DNA of 29,715 nucleotides from a virus (Duplodnaviria; Caudoviricetes), in IMG/VR virus record IMGVR_UViG_3300027976_000143, positions 1 through 29,715 of that record, one strand, 5' to 3'. The notes under the pieces were generated by a model. It was not told the DNA's origin, searched no databases, and worked only from the letters and a program-made list of their open reading frames with translations. Positions 16,067 through 24,458 of the stretch are shown in pieces (the stretch's first letter is position 1; every line of letters starts with the position of its first letter). Both the position numbers and the translations under genes were made by a program.

Positions 16067-17622
16067 TGGCGACCAACAACTGTCCGTTTGATATTACACC
16101 ATACACTCAGTCGCAGATTATCACGACTCCGAATATCTTCAATTTGAATTATACAAATCAAGATTTTTGGTCGATGAAAACCCGCCTGATTGAGTTCACA
16201 AGACAAAAGTTTGATAAGGAATTTTCAGACTTTGTAGAGTCGTCGCTTGCTTTAATGCTTATTGAAAATTGGGCATTTTTAGCCGACACCTTGTCGTTCA
16301 AAATGGACCAGATTGCGAATGAAGTTTTCATCGACACCGTTACGGAGGCAGAGAACGCATTTCGGTTGGCAAAATTAGTTGGATTTAAGCCTCAACCACC
16401 CATTGCGGCCAGAACATTGTGGACCGCAACTTTGAATAATCCGGTTTTGACAGATGTGGTTATTCCTGCTCCATTTGATTTGAAAGTCAGCACTGGTAAC
16501 AAACAGTTGTCAATTGAATTGTTTCCAGCCGATGCCGACAATAACCCCATCTTCAATCAAGATATATTGATTCCTGCCGGTGGTGTCGTAAACGCCAGTA
16601 TTGTTGGTCTGGAAGGTATTACCAGATTATTGCAAACAAATGGCAATGGAACTGTAGCTCAAACCATTACGTTGGAAGAATCTCCCGTAATCTACGATTC
16701 AGTCAGAGTTGAGGTTGATGGGGTTCTGTGGACAGAAGTTGATTATTTTACAGATTCTCAACCAAGACGAGAATACCGCTTGGAGTTTGATTCCACTTAT
16801 CGGGCATTTGTTATTTTCGGAAACAATCGAGCCGGTTTGATTCCTTCTCAGGGAAGCAAGATTTCGATTACTTGTCGCAAAGGCGGCGGTTCGATTGGAA
16901 ACGTAGTTAGTGGAACCATCGAAAAACAGACGATCATCAATGTTCCAGGACTCTCCTTCAGTGTGCCTGTTGGTTTAAGAAATTACACCAAGGGCGAATT
17001 TGGTTATGATGGAGACACAATTGAAGATATACGAAACAAGTTGCCAGCTTGGGTGAGAGTGCAAAATCGAGCAGTAACCGGATTAGATTACAAAACGCTG
17101 ACAGACCAATTTGCTACTGCTTATCAAGGTCAAATTGGTAAATCTACAGCAGTATTAAGAAACTATGGTTGTTCTGGAAACATCATCGACTTGTACGTTT
17201 TAGCATTGAACGGAAACGACAAGTTACAAGAAGCAAGTAATGAACTGAAGGTAGAATTAGAGAACTACATAGACTCTTTGAAAATGTTCACAGATCACGT
17301 CTGTATTCGTGACGGACAAGTAGTGGTAGTAGATACAGGTCTTGATGTTGTGCTTGATCGTTTTTATCGAAAGTTTGAAGACGAATTGAGAATCAAAATT
17401 CAAAGAAGGCTTGATGCTTTCTTTGCGTTAAATAATTGGGAATATGGCCAAACCCTGCGTGACTCAGATATGGTTAAGTCTCTTTCTGACCTTAGAGAGA
17501 TTCAGAGATTTGAAGTGAACTTCGTTACGAACGATGCCGAAAACGGTGGTGACAACGTAACAACTAAGTTCTATGAAATCATCCGGCCTGACACCACGGA
17601 TATTACATTCACATACGAATAA
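16066..17622 (+). CDS. gp6: Baseplate wedge subunit, T4 gp6 / baseplate J-like
   Basis: NYTNQDFWSMK...FLADTLSFKMDQIANEVFIDT...LAKLVGFKP; FGNNRAGLIP; GGSIGNV; QNRAVTGLDYK; TAATG overlap with gp25. Confidence 0.9.
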   Translation: MATNNCPFDITPYTQSQIITTPNIFNLNYTNQDFWSMKTRLIEFTRQKFDKEFSDFVESSLALMLIENWAFLADTLSFKMDQIANEVFIDTVTEAENAFRLAKLVGFKPQPPIAARTLWTATLNNPVLTDVVIPAPFDLKVSTGNKQLSIELFPADADNNPIFNQDILIPAGGVVNASIVGLEGITRLLQTNGNGTVAQTITLEESPVIYDSVRVEVDGVLWTEVDYFTDSQPRREYRLEFDSTYRAFVIFGNNRAGLIPSQGSKISITCRKGGGSIGNVVSGTIEKQTIINVPGLSFSVPVGLRNYTKGEFGYDGDTIEDIRNKLPAWVRVQNRAVTGLDYKTLTDQFATAYQGQIGKSTAVLRNYGCSGNIIDLYVLALNGNDKLQEASNELKVELENYIDSLKMFTDHVCIRDGQVVVVDTGLDVVLDRFYRKFEDELRIKIQRRLDAFFALNNWEYGQTLRDSDMVKSLSDLREIQRFEVNFVTNDAENGGDNVTTKFYEIIRPDTTDITFTYE

Positions 17623-17632
17623 GGAGAAGGTT

Positions 17633-20600
17633 GTGGCGATACTCACAATAAACGACAACCCGTCGATTTCGGATACCATTGTATTCACTTTGAATACACC
17701 GGATGCCCAAGGCTGTTTCACGTCTAATCCTTACAAAGTCAATCGTCTTGTCATCTATTATGTAGAACGTGACTTCACAAGCGGCAATTTGAATGAATAT
17801 CAAAACAAGACGTATGATTTAACAAAACTTAAAGCCGCTGAAGTTGCAGAAGCCACAGCTTGCGCTACGCCAAATGATGCAAACATTGCGGAAGCAAAAA
17901 GACTAAGAGCAATTGCGGAAAGCAATGTGACTGTTTCTCCTTTCTTCTTTAATGAGGCATCTCCAGTTCATATCGTAGGCAACGACCGTTTTCCAGCGTG
18001 GCTTTCAACTGATTTGGCTAATACTTTTGTAGATTTAGTTGATGGGACTTTTGCACAATACACCTACACATGGCAACCACAAGGTATGCGTGAAGGTGAT
18101 TACTTTATTTGTTGGACATGGACGCCGCTAATTGCCGGAGATAGCTTGTCGGCTCATATGCGATTCACATTGAAAGGTGACACGCAAACTACAACCAGCA
18201 TTCCATCGCACTTTACCAACCCAGACAAGTACACGACACTGCTTGAGCGATACACGCCAGATATGTTCAAAATGGTCATTTCAGAAAATGATCGCACACC
18301 AGATGTATTGGATAAATTCAACAAATCTGTTGCCCTGGGGTTCAACGCCCTGGAAGATTTAGGCAATCAGATTGTTGATCTTCAAGACGCCAACTCAATC
18401 CACGAGGCATTGATTCCATATCTGTCTAATTTATTTGATCTAAAACTGAAGACCGATGACCCTACTCGTTGGCGTGGTCAAATTAAGCGTGCTATTCCTT
18501 TGTACAAGATGAAAGGAACCAAGAAAGGATTGACTGAAGCGTTGGAACATGCGGCCATTACCATGATGGGCCTGACACAGCTTTGGGAAGTCACTTCATC
18601 TTACACATGGCAACAAGTTATCAAGTTTGATGGACTGAGCGATAGTTTTGAACTTGAAAAAGCGGCTTTGCCTATTGACTATGACAATTTTGAATTGTGG
18701 TTAAGACCAGCAGGCAATTTAACTTGGCTTCCTTTGAGTTCAGATTATGTTGAATTCCTAACAAGTGATGGAATTACATATTTTACCTGGGCTGGCAGTG
18801 GGTTGTCAATCGAACCTATCGACCTTGTAGAAGGCGATGAGATTAGAGTATTGTACAAATACGCTGAGATTCCAGACCCCACCACACAGGCAATAGAAAA
18901 CTATGTTAGATCATTGCCCTTGATGGATCAAAGAGACGAAAGAGATCAGGTTTATCCATTGAAGAATTGGAATGTTCGAGTCATTCCAGAAAACGATTCA
19001 ATGTTTGATTTGGTAATTCCAACTCGTCACCCTTACCATGAGTTTTTGGTGTATGGAAAAGTACGAACTGAATTCCCGTACAGTGAAAATATCTACAACA
19101 TGGAAGAGTACAACGGCAGTATTCGCAACTCAAAAAATCCTTGCGATATTGATCGAACATTTGTTGATCCTTGTACGGCCTGCATAAGCAGCAGCTATAA
19201 CATTGATTTAGAAATAGAGAACCTGTCAGATGACCGAATTCTTGAAGCTAAAGAAGTGCTTAGAGAATTCACGCCGTTTCATGCCGTGTTACACACTTTC
19301 AATTTCATAGGCGGCATAAACGAATTCGTTGAATCGCCGCTTGAAGAAGTTGAGGCTCTTATTTCTATGGAAGGTGGCGAATTTGTTTTGGCGGGCGAAG
19401 GACAACAGTATTTCAATCGAATTATGCGACTGGTAGAAACTAGAGGTATTCGCCGAGATGAATTGGCAAACAGAACAACTGTCGTAGCTTCAACTACAGG
19501 AACAGCCTACAACGATGAAGTTGTATTATTCTGTCCTGATTTGCAACTTGATCGAATTGGAATGGCTTTGGATGGAAGTGCGACATTGACTGCCTTTGCG
19601 CCATCTGTGGTGGCTGGAAGCTATGTGGTAGACAATCCAAGAGGGAATGCAACATCAATATCAGGAATTGTCAATTCTACTTTCATCAATCAAGCATTTA
19701 CATTCGATATTGACAATTTGGTCTTAGATGGAACTTTGTGCAACATTGCTCAAGATAACATCTTTGTTCTTTCAGATGCAACTCAAAATTTTGGATTGTT
19801 GGGTGCCGAGTCTACCTTTGATGTCACTCAAGGAACGGCCTTGAGTGCTTGGAAGGTATTGATTCCCACTTACAGTGCCATTCCATATGTTATAAACGAC
19901 ATACGACCAGATGGAAGTTTGGTTTTGACGAATGATGGTACGTTGCCAAGCAACAACGCCTCTAATGTAGGGTATAGCTTGATTCGCAATGTAACAACAG
20001 TCGTCACGAGTGTTGTAGGGCAATTTGACGTAACCAAACGTGGTCGAGTGACTGCTTTAAGCGGCACGGTATTGCCAATCAGCAACGCAATTCGTTTAGA
20101 CAATACATTCCAGAAAATCAACCTGGAGGAATTTCCAATTATTGGATTTGTGGATGGCACGACAGATCAATACTATGTTGAAAAATACCAAGATAATATG
20201 GGAAATAATCGGGGCGACATCAACAACACCAACTTGCGTGTAAATCAGAAGGTGGCTGAAAAACAAGTTGGATACATACATTATCGAGGATTGAAGCTCG
20301 AAATGACTGGCAATTTAGAGTCAAGTCTAGGAATCCAAAATGGGGTTAACTCTCTTGTTGTTGTGGACGAAGGTATTGAAAACAATGACTTTAGAGAAAA
20401 TTTCATTGTCACAATTGGGTCTGATAGCTACTTCATGGAACAGATTGATGGCAACAACCCACCGGGCAATACAACCATTACATTGGCTGGCGATCCTTAC
20501 TGGTGGGAGACATTAAGCATGGGTGGAACTTCTGTGAATGTGACTATTTACAAATACACAAAAAACGGTGCAACTGTGGATGGACAGCAGTTCGATTTAC

Positions 20601-20788
20601 CTCCACATACTTTCCGTACATTAGATCGGGCTGGACGCTCTGTGATTGATCGAGTGGATCAAGACGGGACGGTAACTGGACTGAGTCTGCCTGACGGGAA
20701 TCAAATTAACGAATTCGTTCAACAAACTGAAGGGATCACCTTTAGCATTGAATATGATGACGGTACGACCGAACAAGGAGCAATATGA
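17633..20788 (+). CDS. Large baseplate wedge protein with P2 gpI / T4 gp7-like domain (about 1051 aa)
   Basis: LIPYLSNLFDLKL...WRGQIKRAIPLYKMKGTKKGL is the Tail_P2_I-like motif, and VLREFTPFHA follows. Start reassigned to GTG 17633 behind AAGGAG (17621-17626) instead of ATG 17573, which overlaps gp6. Confidence 0.75.
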   Translation: MAILTINDNPSISDTIVFTLNTPDAQGCFTSNPYKVNRLVIYYVERDFTSGNLNEYQNKTYDLTKLKAAEVAEATACATPNDANIAEAKRLRAIAESNVTVSPFFFNEASPVHIVGNDRFPAWLSTDLANTFVDLVDGTFAQYTYTWQPQGMREGDYFICWTWTPLIAGDSLSAHMRFTLKGDTQTTTSIPSHFTNPDKYTTLLERYTPDMFKMVISENDRTPDVLDKFNKSVALGFNALEDLGNQIVDLQDANSIHEALIPYLSNLFDLKLKTDDPTRWRGQIKRAIPLYKMKGTKKGLTEALEHAAITMMGLTQLWEVTSSYTWQQVIKFDGLSDSFELEKAALPIDYDNFELWLRPAGNLTWLPLSSDYVEFLTSDGITYFTWAGSGLSIEPIDLVEGDEIRVLYKYAEIPDPTTQAIENYVRSLPLMDQRDERDQVYPLKNWNVRVIPENDSMFDLVIPTRHPYHEFLVYGKVRTEFPYSENIYNMEEYNGSIRNSKNPCDIDRTFVDPCTACISSSYNIDLEIENLSDDRILEAKEVLREFTPFHAVLHTFNFIGGINEFVESPLEEVEALISMEGGEFVLAGEGQQYFNRIMRLVETRGIRRDELANRTTVVASTTGTAYNDEVVLFCPDLQLDRIGMALDGSATLTAFAPSVVAGSYVVDNPRGNATSISGIVNSTFINQAFTFDIDNLVLDGTLCNIAQDNIFVLSDATQNFGLLGAESTFDVTQGTALSAWKVLIPTYSAIPYVINDIRPDGSLVLTNDGTLPSNNASNVGYSLIRNVTTVVTSVVGQFDVTKRGRVTALSGTVLPISNAIRLDNTFQKINLEEFPIIGFVDGTTDQYYVEKYQDNMGNNRGDINNTNLRVNQKVAEKQVGYIHYRGLKLEMTGNLESSLGIQNGVNSLVVVDEGIENNDFRENFIVTIGSDSYFMEQIDGNNPPGNTTITLAGDPYWWETLSMGGTSVNVTIYKYTKNGATVDGQQFDLPPHTFRTLDRAGRSVIDRVDQDGTVTGLSLPDGNQINEFVQQTEGITFSIEYDDGTTEQGAI

Positions 20789-21264
20789 TAGAAATTACTG
20801 AGGGGCTGAAACCTTGCGGGTTCGTCCAAGTTATAATTGATTATGAGTCCGGCGAACGAAAGATCGTTGAATTTCAAAACACCATCTTAACGAGAGGGCG
20901 AGAAGCATTGGCTTCTTGTCTAGCCCGTGACGTTGGAGATGGATTCAACTTCTACGTCAATCGAATGTTGTTCGGAGACGGAGGCACGGCAGATGGTTCC
21001 ACTAAATTTGTGGCGACCAGTCGAAATGGATTGTTTGGCATTACTCAAGCCAGCAAACCAGTTATTGCTTCAGTTGACCCAAACATACCCTCACAAGTAA
21101 TTTTCACATCTGTCATTGCTTTCTCGGAAGCCAATGGTGCTGTTCTTAATGAAATGGCACTCAAATTGGCCACAGGAAATTTATACAGCATGGTGACGTT
21201 CCCTGACTTGACCAAGACTGCTCAAATGCAGATCACCTTCAATTGGCGTTTAAGTTTCGTTTAA
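20785..21264 (+). CDS. Tail-collar / fibre-attachment baseplate protein (DUF3751-like)
   Basis: NTILTRGREALA...RMLFGDGG...EANGAVLNEMAL...LYSMVTFPDLTKT...ITFNWRL pattern; ATGA overlap with the preceding gene. Confidence 0.65.
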   Translation: MIEITEGLKPCGFVQVIIDYESGERKIVEFQNTILTRGREALASCLARDVGDGFNFYVNRMLFGDGGTADGSTKFVATSRNGLFGITQASKPVIASVDPNIPSQVIFTSVIAFSEANGAVLNEMALKLATGNLYSMVTFPDLTKTAQMQITFNWRLSFV

Positions 21265-21299
21265 TATTTGCAAATTTCATGTTTTTTGCATACAGCATG

Positions 21300-21315
21300 T
21301 ATAATATCATAAATA
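21300..21315 (+). promoter_or_regulatory. Possible promoter(s): TATAAT -10 and ATAAATA late-type motif
   Basis: AT-rich intergenic gap with TATAAT at 21300-21305 (no good -35) and ATAAATA at 21309-21315. Confidence 0.4.
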
Positions 21316-21336
21316 GAAAAAGAATTGAGGTTTCAA

Positions 21337-21642
21337 ATGAAGAATTTTTGGCTAGAAAGAGCAGAGAAGAAAACGGTAGACAAAACCATTGAGAATATTT
21401 TCAACAACTATGTTCTCTACACAATGAACTATACGGTAACTATGGACACTTGCGAAACAAGTAGCAGTTATACGATTGTTGTTGATACGGGAATTTCACA
21501 GTTTTCAACAAACTATGCTCCAGTGGTTGGAACAGTGATTGCTTCGATTGATGACGGCTTTCCACGATACATTTACGATGATGCAACATTCCAAAAAGAA
21601 GTGGAACGCATTGAGGCTGAAGGCTGGATTTTGGACGTTTAA
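21337..21642 (+). CDS. Hypothetical protein (about 101 aa)
   Basis: ATG 21337 with GAGGT RBS at 21327-21331 is preferred over TTG 21325; fills the gap; no recognisable motif. Confidence 0.6.
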   Translation: MKNFWLERAEKKTVDKTIENIFNNYVLYTMNYTVTMDTCETSSSYTIVVDTGISQFSTNYAPVVGTVIASIDDGFPRYIYDDATFQKEVERIEAEGWILDV

Positions 21643-21670
21643 GCAATAGATACGATAATCAAGGAGAGCC

Positions 21671-22525
21671 ATGCCAGATTTAAGCCAATTACCAGTACCG
21701 CAATATACAGCAGATCAACCATATCATTGGGAATATGACAATTTGCCGTTGAAGACTCTGGCAGACAGAGATTTAATCATCAACGGCGAAGTCGATGTCC
21801 ATGCGGCGATCTTGCGTGACACCGCAGGTACACAAGGAACATTGTCCAATCGCTTGGCTCAATCCATTGATGAAGATGGAAATTTGATTCCTGATGCTGT
21901 CGATCAAGCTGCTCACAATATTGCAGAGCATACAGATGGCTCTAAGACCGTATCGGGTCCAGAATTAGCAGATTATGTCGCTCTTGGGTTCCCCACCTTA
22001 ACGAACCCTGTGCCATTCGTCAGAATGCTTTCGTCAGAGCGAGACAAATTAGCGTTAATTGCTAACGAAGCAACAAATTTGGCAATGTCATTTGAGACGA
22101 TCTCAAATATTGTTCTTTTTGAAGAAGGCACAATAGAGTTTTTGGCTTCAGAAAGTGTTAATTGGGAAATTGAAGCACCAAACAAAGTCAAGGCTGTACT
22201 TACAATCTCGACTGATTTTGCTCATCGACACTATTATGATCTGGAGCCGGTAATGATACCGACAGACGATCTAATCGACTACAAACTCTTCAAGATTACG
22301 TCAACAGCTTCTCCGAGCAACACATTCATTGAAGGCAGTCTTCGTGTGTATGTCAATGGAGTTAGATTGAATCGCAACCAAAGCGTCTACTACCCAAACA
22401 GTGATGTTTTGGGATGGAGTTTGAACTCCTTTACTCCTGACGTTTCCACTGGTCGATTCACTCTCAGTAATCCAATTACAGATTTAGATATCATCCAAAT
22501 CGACTTCGATCAAGCCTTGACCTAA
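21671..22525 (+). CDS. Putative tail fibre / fibre adaptor structural protein
   Basis: AAGGAG RBS. The N-terminal YDNLPLKTLADRD resembles fibre anchor segments, and the C-terminal SLRVYVNGVRL...IIQIDF beta-domain is common in virion proteins. Confidence 0.55.
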   Translation: MPDLSQLPVPQYTADQPYHWEYDNLPLKTLADRDLIINGEVDVHAAILRDTAGTQGTLSNRLAQSIDEDGNLIPDAVDQAAHNIAEHTDGSKTVSGPELADYVALGFPTLTNPVPFVRMLSSERDKLALIANEATNLAMSFETISNIVLFEEGTIEFLASESVNWEIEAPNKVKAVLTISTDFAHRHYYDLEPVMIPTDDLIDYKLFKITSTASPSNTFIEGSLRVYVNGVRLNRNQSVYYPNSDVLGWSLNSFTPDVSTGRFTLSNPITDLDIIQIDFDQALT

Positions 22526-22545
22526 TCTCCATTAGGAGAATCAAT

Positions 22546-23082
22546 TTGAAAATGTATAGCCACAAAGATCTTAAATGTGGTTTTGTGATACTCTGCCCGG
22601 AACACACTGTTGGATTGTTGAAATCCACAATGAAATCTATTCAATGTCGTCATCCTGACCTGCCTACAATATGTGCCACCGATGATTCCGCAACCGCAGC
22701 CGACATGAAAGAAATGAAATCCATTTGCCCGACCTACAAGGGTAAATCGACATTTTCATCTCTCATCAATGTTGGAATGAAACATGCGCCAGCAGATTGG
22801 AACTTCATTGTTTGTGCTGGTGCTACTGTTAGGTGGAAGATGGATGAGAGATTTTCTTATTTCACAGAAAGTGAAAAAGACATCTTATTCCCAATATCAG
22901 ACAACAAATGCAATTTTGTAGACGCCACTCTAAATGGTCTTTTCATTAACAAAAAGACCTGGAACGAAGTCGGCGAAATGAGCAACGAAGGCACATTTGA
23001 AGAGATAAAAATCCTCTGGGCCTTGAGAGCCATTGATAAAGGCGTTAAGTTCAAAGCCATCGCAGGCAGCAAAATTTGCTAA
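22546..23082 (+). CDS. Glycosyltransferase family 2 (GT-A fold)-like protein, apparently lacking DxD
   Basis: GFVILCPE...LLKSTMKSIQ...ICATDDS...SLINVGMKHAPADWNFIVCAG...LFINKKTWNEVG follows the GT2 motif order, but CAG sits at the DxD position. TTG start behind AGGAG. Confidence 0.55.
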   Translation: MKMYSHKDLKCGFVILCPEHTVGLLKSTMKSIQCRHPDLPTICATDDSATAADMKEMKSICPTYKGKSTFSSLINVGMKHAPADWNFIVCAGATVRWKMDERFSYFTESEKDILFPISDNKCNFVDATLNGLFINKKTWNEVGEMSNEGTFEEIKILWALRAIDKGVKFKAIAGSKIC

Positions 23083-23176
23083 ATTAAGCCAACAGGTCTG
23101 CAATCGAAGACATCTTCAACGCAGGAAATTCTTCAAAGAAAGAGTTCAATTGGCAGTGAGCGTTTTTGGTAAGCCA

Positions 23177-23692
23177 TTAAACTTCTCCGTATATGTAACT
23201 CCAACGATCATTGTGGCGATGCCTGCCTTCATTTACTTCTCTAAGATAGACGAATAAACTGTCCCACCCAGCGAACATGAATTCTGTTGGGATGAAACCA
23301 AAATACCACAAAGGTATATAAGTAATATCTGGAGAGTCTGTGACTAATAATGTTGGTTTTTTAGCATTATTGCTATTTATAATCTCGTGTGTAGTTCCAG
23401 TTGTTGGAACCTTATGTGGCACATAAGCGATTGTAAAATCAGCTCTATCCACCATGCACAAGTCTTTGCGAACGAATGATTTGCAAATCCGAACTATAGT
23501 GTCATGGTCTTTGTTTTTTTGAGCCTCCTTCAGCGTTGCAACCCATTGCTGTTTAGGGTCCGCAAAGGGATCAAAAACATTGATGTCGAATTCTTCGACT
23601 AATATTTTTTTTGGATTATCTCGCCAGTTTACACTGACATCATATTCAATAGGACCAGACAGATACAGCTTTTGATTTTTAAGAAAGCCCAT
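23177..23692 (-). CDS. Nucleoside 2-deoxyribosyltransferase-like (NDT/DNPH1/MilB superfamily) protein
   Basis: LYLSGPI...WR...NVFDPF...DLCMVDRADFTIAY...TGTTHEI...KP is the NDT superfamily pattern with the catalytic Glu; AAGGTGG RBS. Confidence 0.82.
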   Translation of the reverse strand: MGFLKNQKLYLSGPIEYDVSVNWRDNPKKILVEEFDINVFDPFADPKQQWVATLKEAQKNKDHDTIVRICKSFVRKDLCMVDRADFTIAYVPHKVPTTGTTHEIINSNNAKKPTLLVTDSPDITYIPLWYFGFIPTEFMFAGWDSLFVYLREVNEGRHRHNDRWSYIYGEV

Positions 23693-23723
23693 TTGTAACC
23701 ACCTTTGAGAAAGAATTAACTCT

Positions 23724-23732
23724 ACTATATCA
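23724..23732 (-). promoter_or_regulatory. Extended -10 sigma70-type promoter for the NDT-like gene
   Basis: - strand TGA-TATAGT (TGn + -10) about 30 nt upstream of the ATG at 23692; no clear -35. Confidence 0.5.
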
Positions 23733-23753
23733 GCTTACAAAAAAGGAGCCGAT

Positions 23754-24458
23754 ATGTCAATCGAAAACAACAACAAATTGATCTCAGAAATAGACGAAGC
23801 CTTAAAGTACGAAGTAGCACAAAGGCACAGTTATTTCCAACTCAAATACTTTGTAATAGGCAAAGAACCTACTGTACAGTCAAAAATGTGGCAATGTCTC
23901 AGGGAGTTGAAGTCTCGCAGAGAGTCTTTAGAGGCTATTGAACTCGAACTAGAAGACTCAAAAGACAAACTGGAGCTACTAGATATTTCTATCGAAAAGA
24001 TTGATGCTGCACGTCCACAAGCCGACAATCTCACCCAGCGGGAGAGCGACATTAGAGTTAGACAGATCGAGAGACAGAAGAAGGCTGCTCAGGCGAACCT
24101 ACTACAACTTGCCGACCGTAAAAAATGGCTGGAGGAGGAATCCCGATTCTTCCTAGAAACATTCAAATCCCTTCTGAGGATTGAGCCTCTGAAACACTTT
24201 GATGACGTTGATTCCCAAAAACAATATTGGGGAGAACGACTGGCACAGAAACTTAACCTCAAGATGTTAACCCAAAACCAACTAGATACCGAACTGGTAG
24301 AAACCATTGTTGCTTTGCCAGATGACATGCCCATCAAAAAACAAGCTCTTGGGACGCTCGAATTACGACATGCCAATATGGTTCATCAATTGAAATCAAC
24401 GATGCAGCATATCGAAGCAATCGAGAGCAAACAAGAGGAAAAAAATAAGGAGAGCTAA
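23754..24458 (+). CDS. Coiled-coil protein, possibly a fibre assembly factor
   Basis: AAGGAG RBS; long charged heptad-like region; motifs HSYFQLKYFVI and QKQYWGERL; TAATG-coupled to the PKD genes. Confidence 0.6.
   Translation: MSIENNNKLISEIDEALKYEVAQRHSYFQLKYFVIGKEPTVQSKMWQCLRELKSRRESLEAIELELEDSKDKLELLDISIEKIDAARPQADNLTQRESDIRVRQIERQKKAAQANLLQLADRKKWLEEESRFFLETFKSLLRIEPLKHFDDVDSQKQYWGERLAQKLNLKMLTQNQLDTELVETIVALPDDMPIKKQALGTLELRHANMVHQLKSTMQHIEAIESKQEEKNKES

Noticed and set aside
17573-17632. ATG 17573 start for the gpI-like gene
   Set aside because: Overlaps gp6 by 50 nt with no RBS; GTG 17633 has AAGGAG at 6-nt spacing.
1091-21264. eCIS / tailocin / T6SS interpretation
   Set aside because: Disfavoured, not excluded. 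A gp2-like DNA end protector, T4-type late motifs, a huge TMP and an NDT-like gene fit a phage, and no Afp15-like ATPase or T6SS membrane genes are seen. Head genes are outside the window.
23084-23176. 30 open codons in frame after the NDT-like stop (possible read-through), and + strand ORF 23033-23257
   Set aside because: TAA is an efficient stop, the NDT domain is already complete, and such short open stretches arise by chance.
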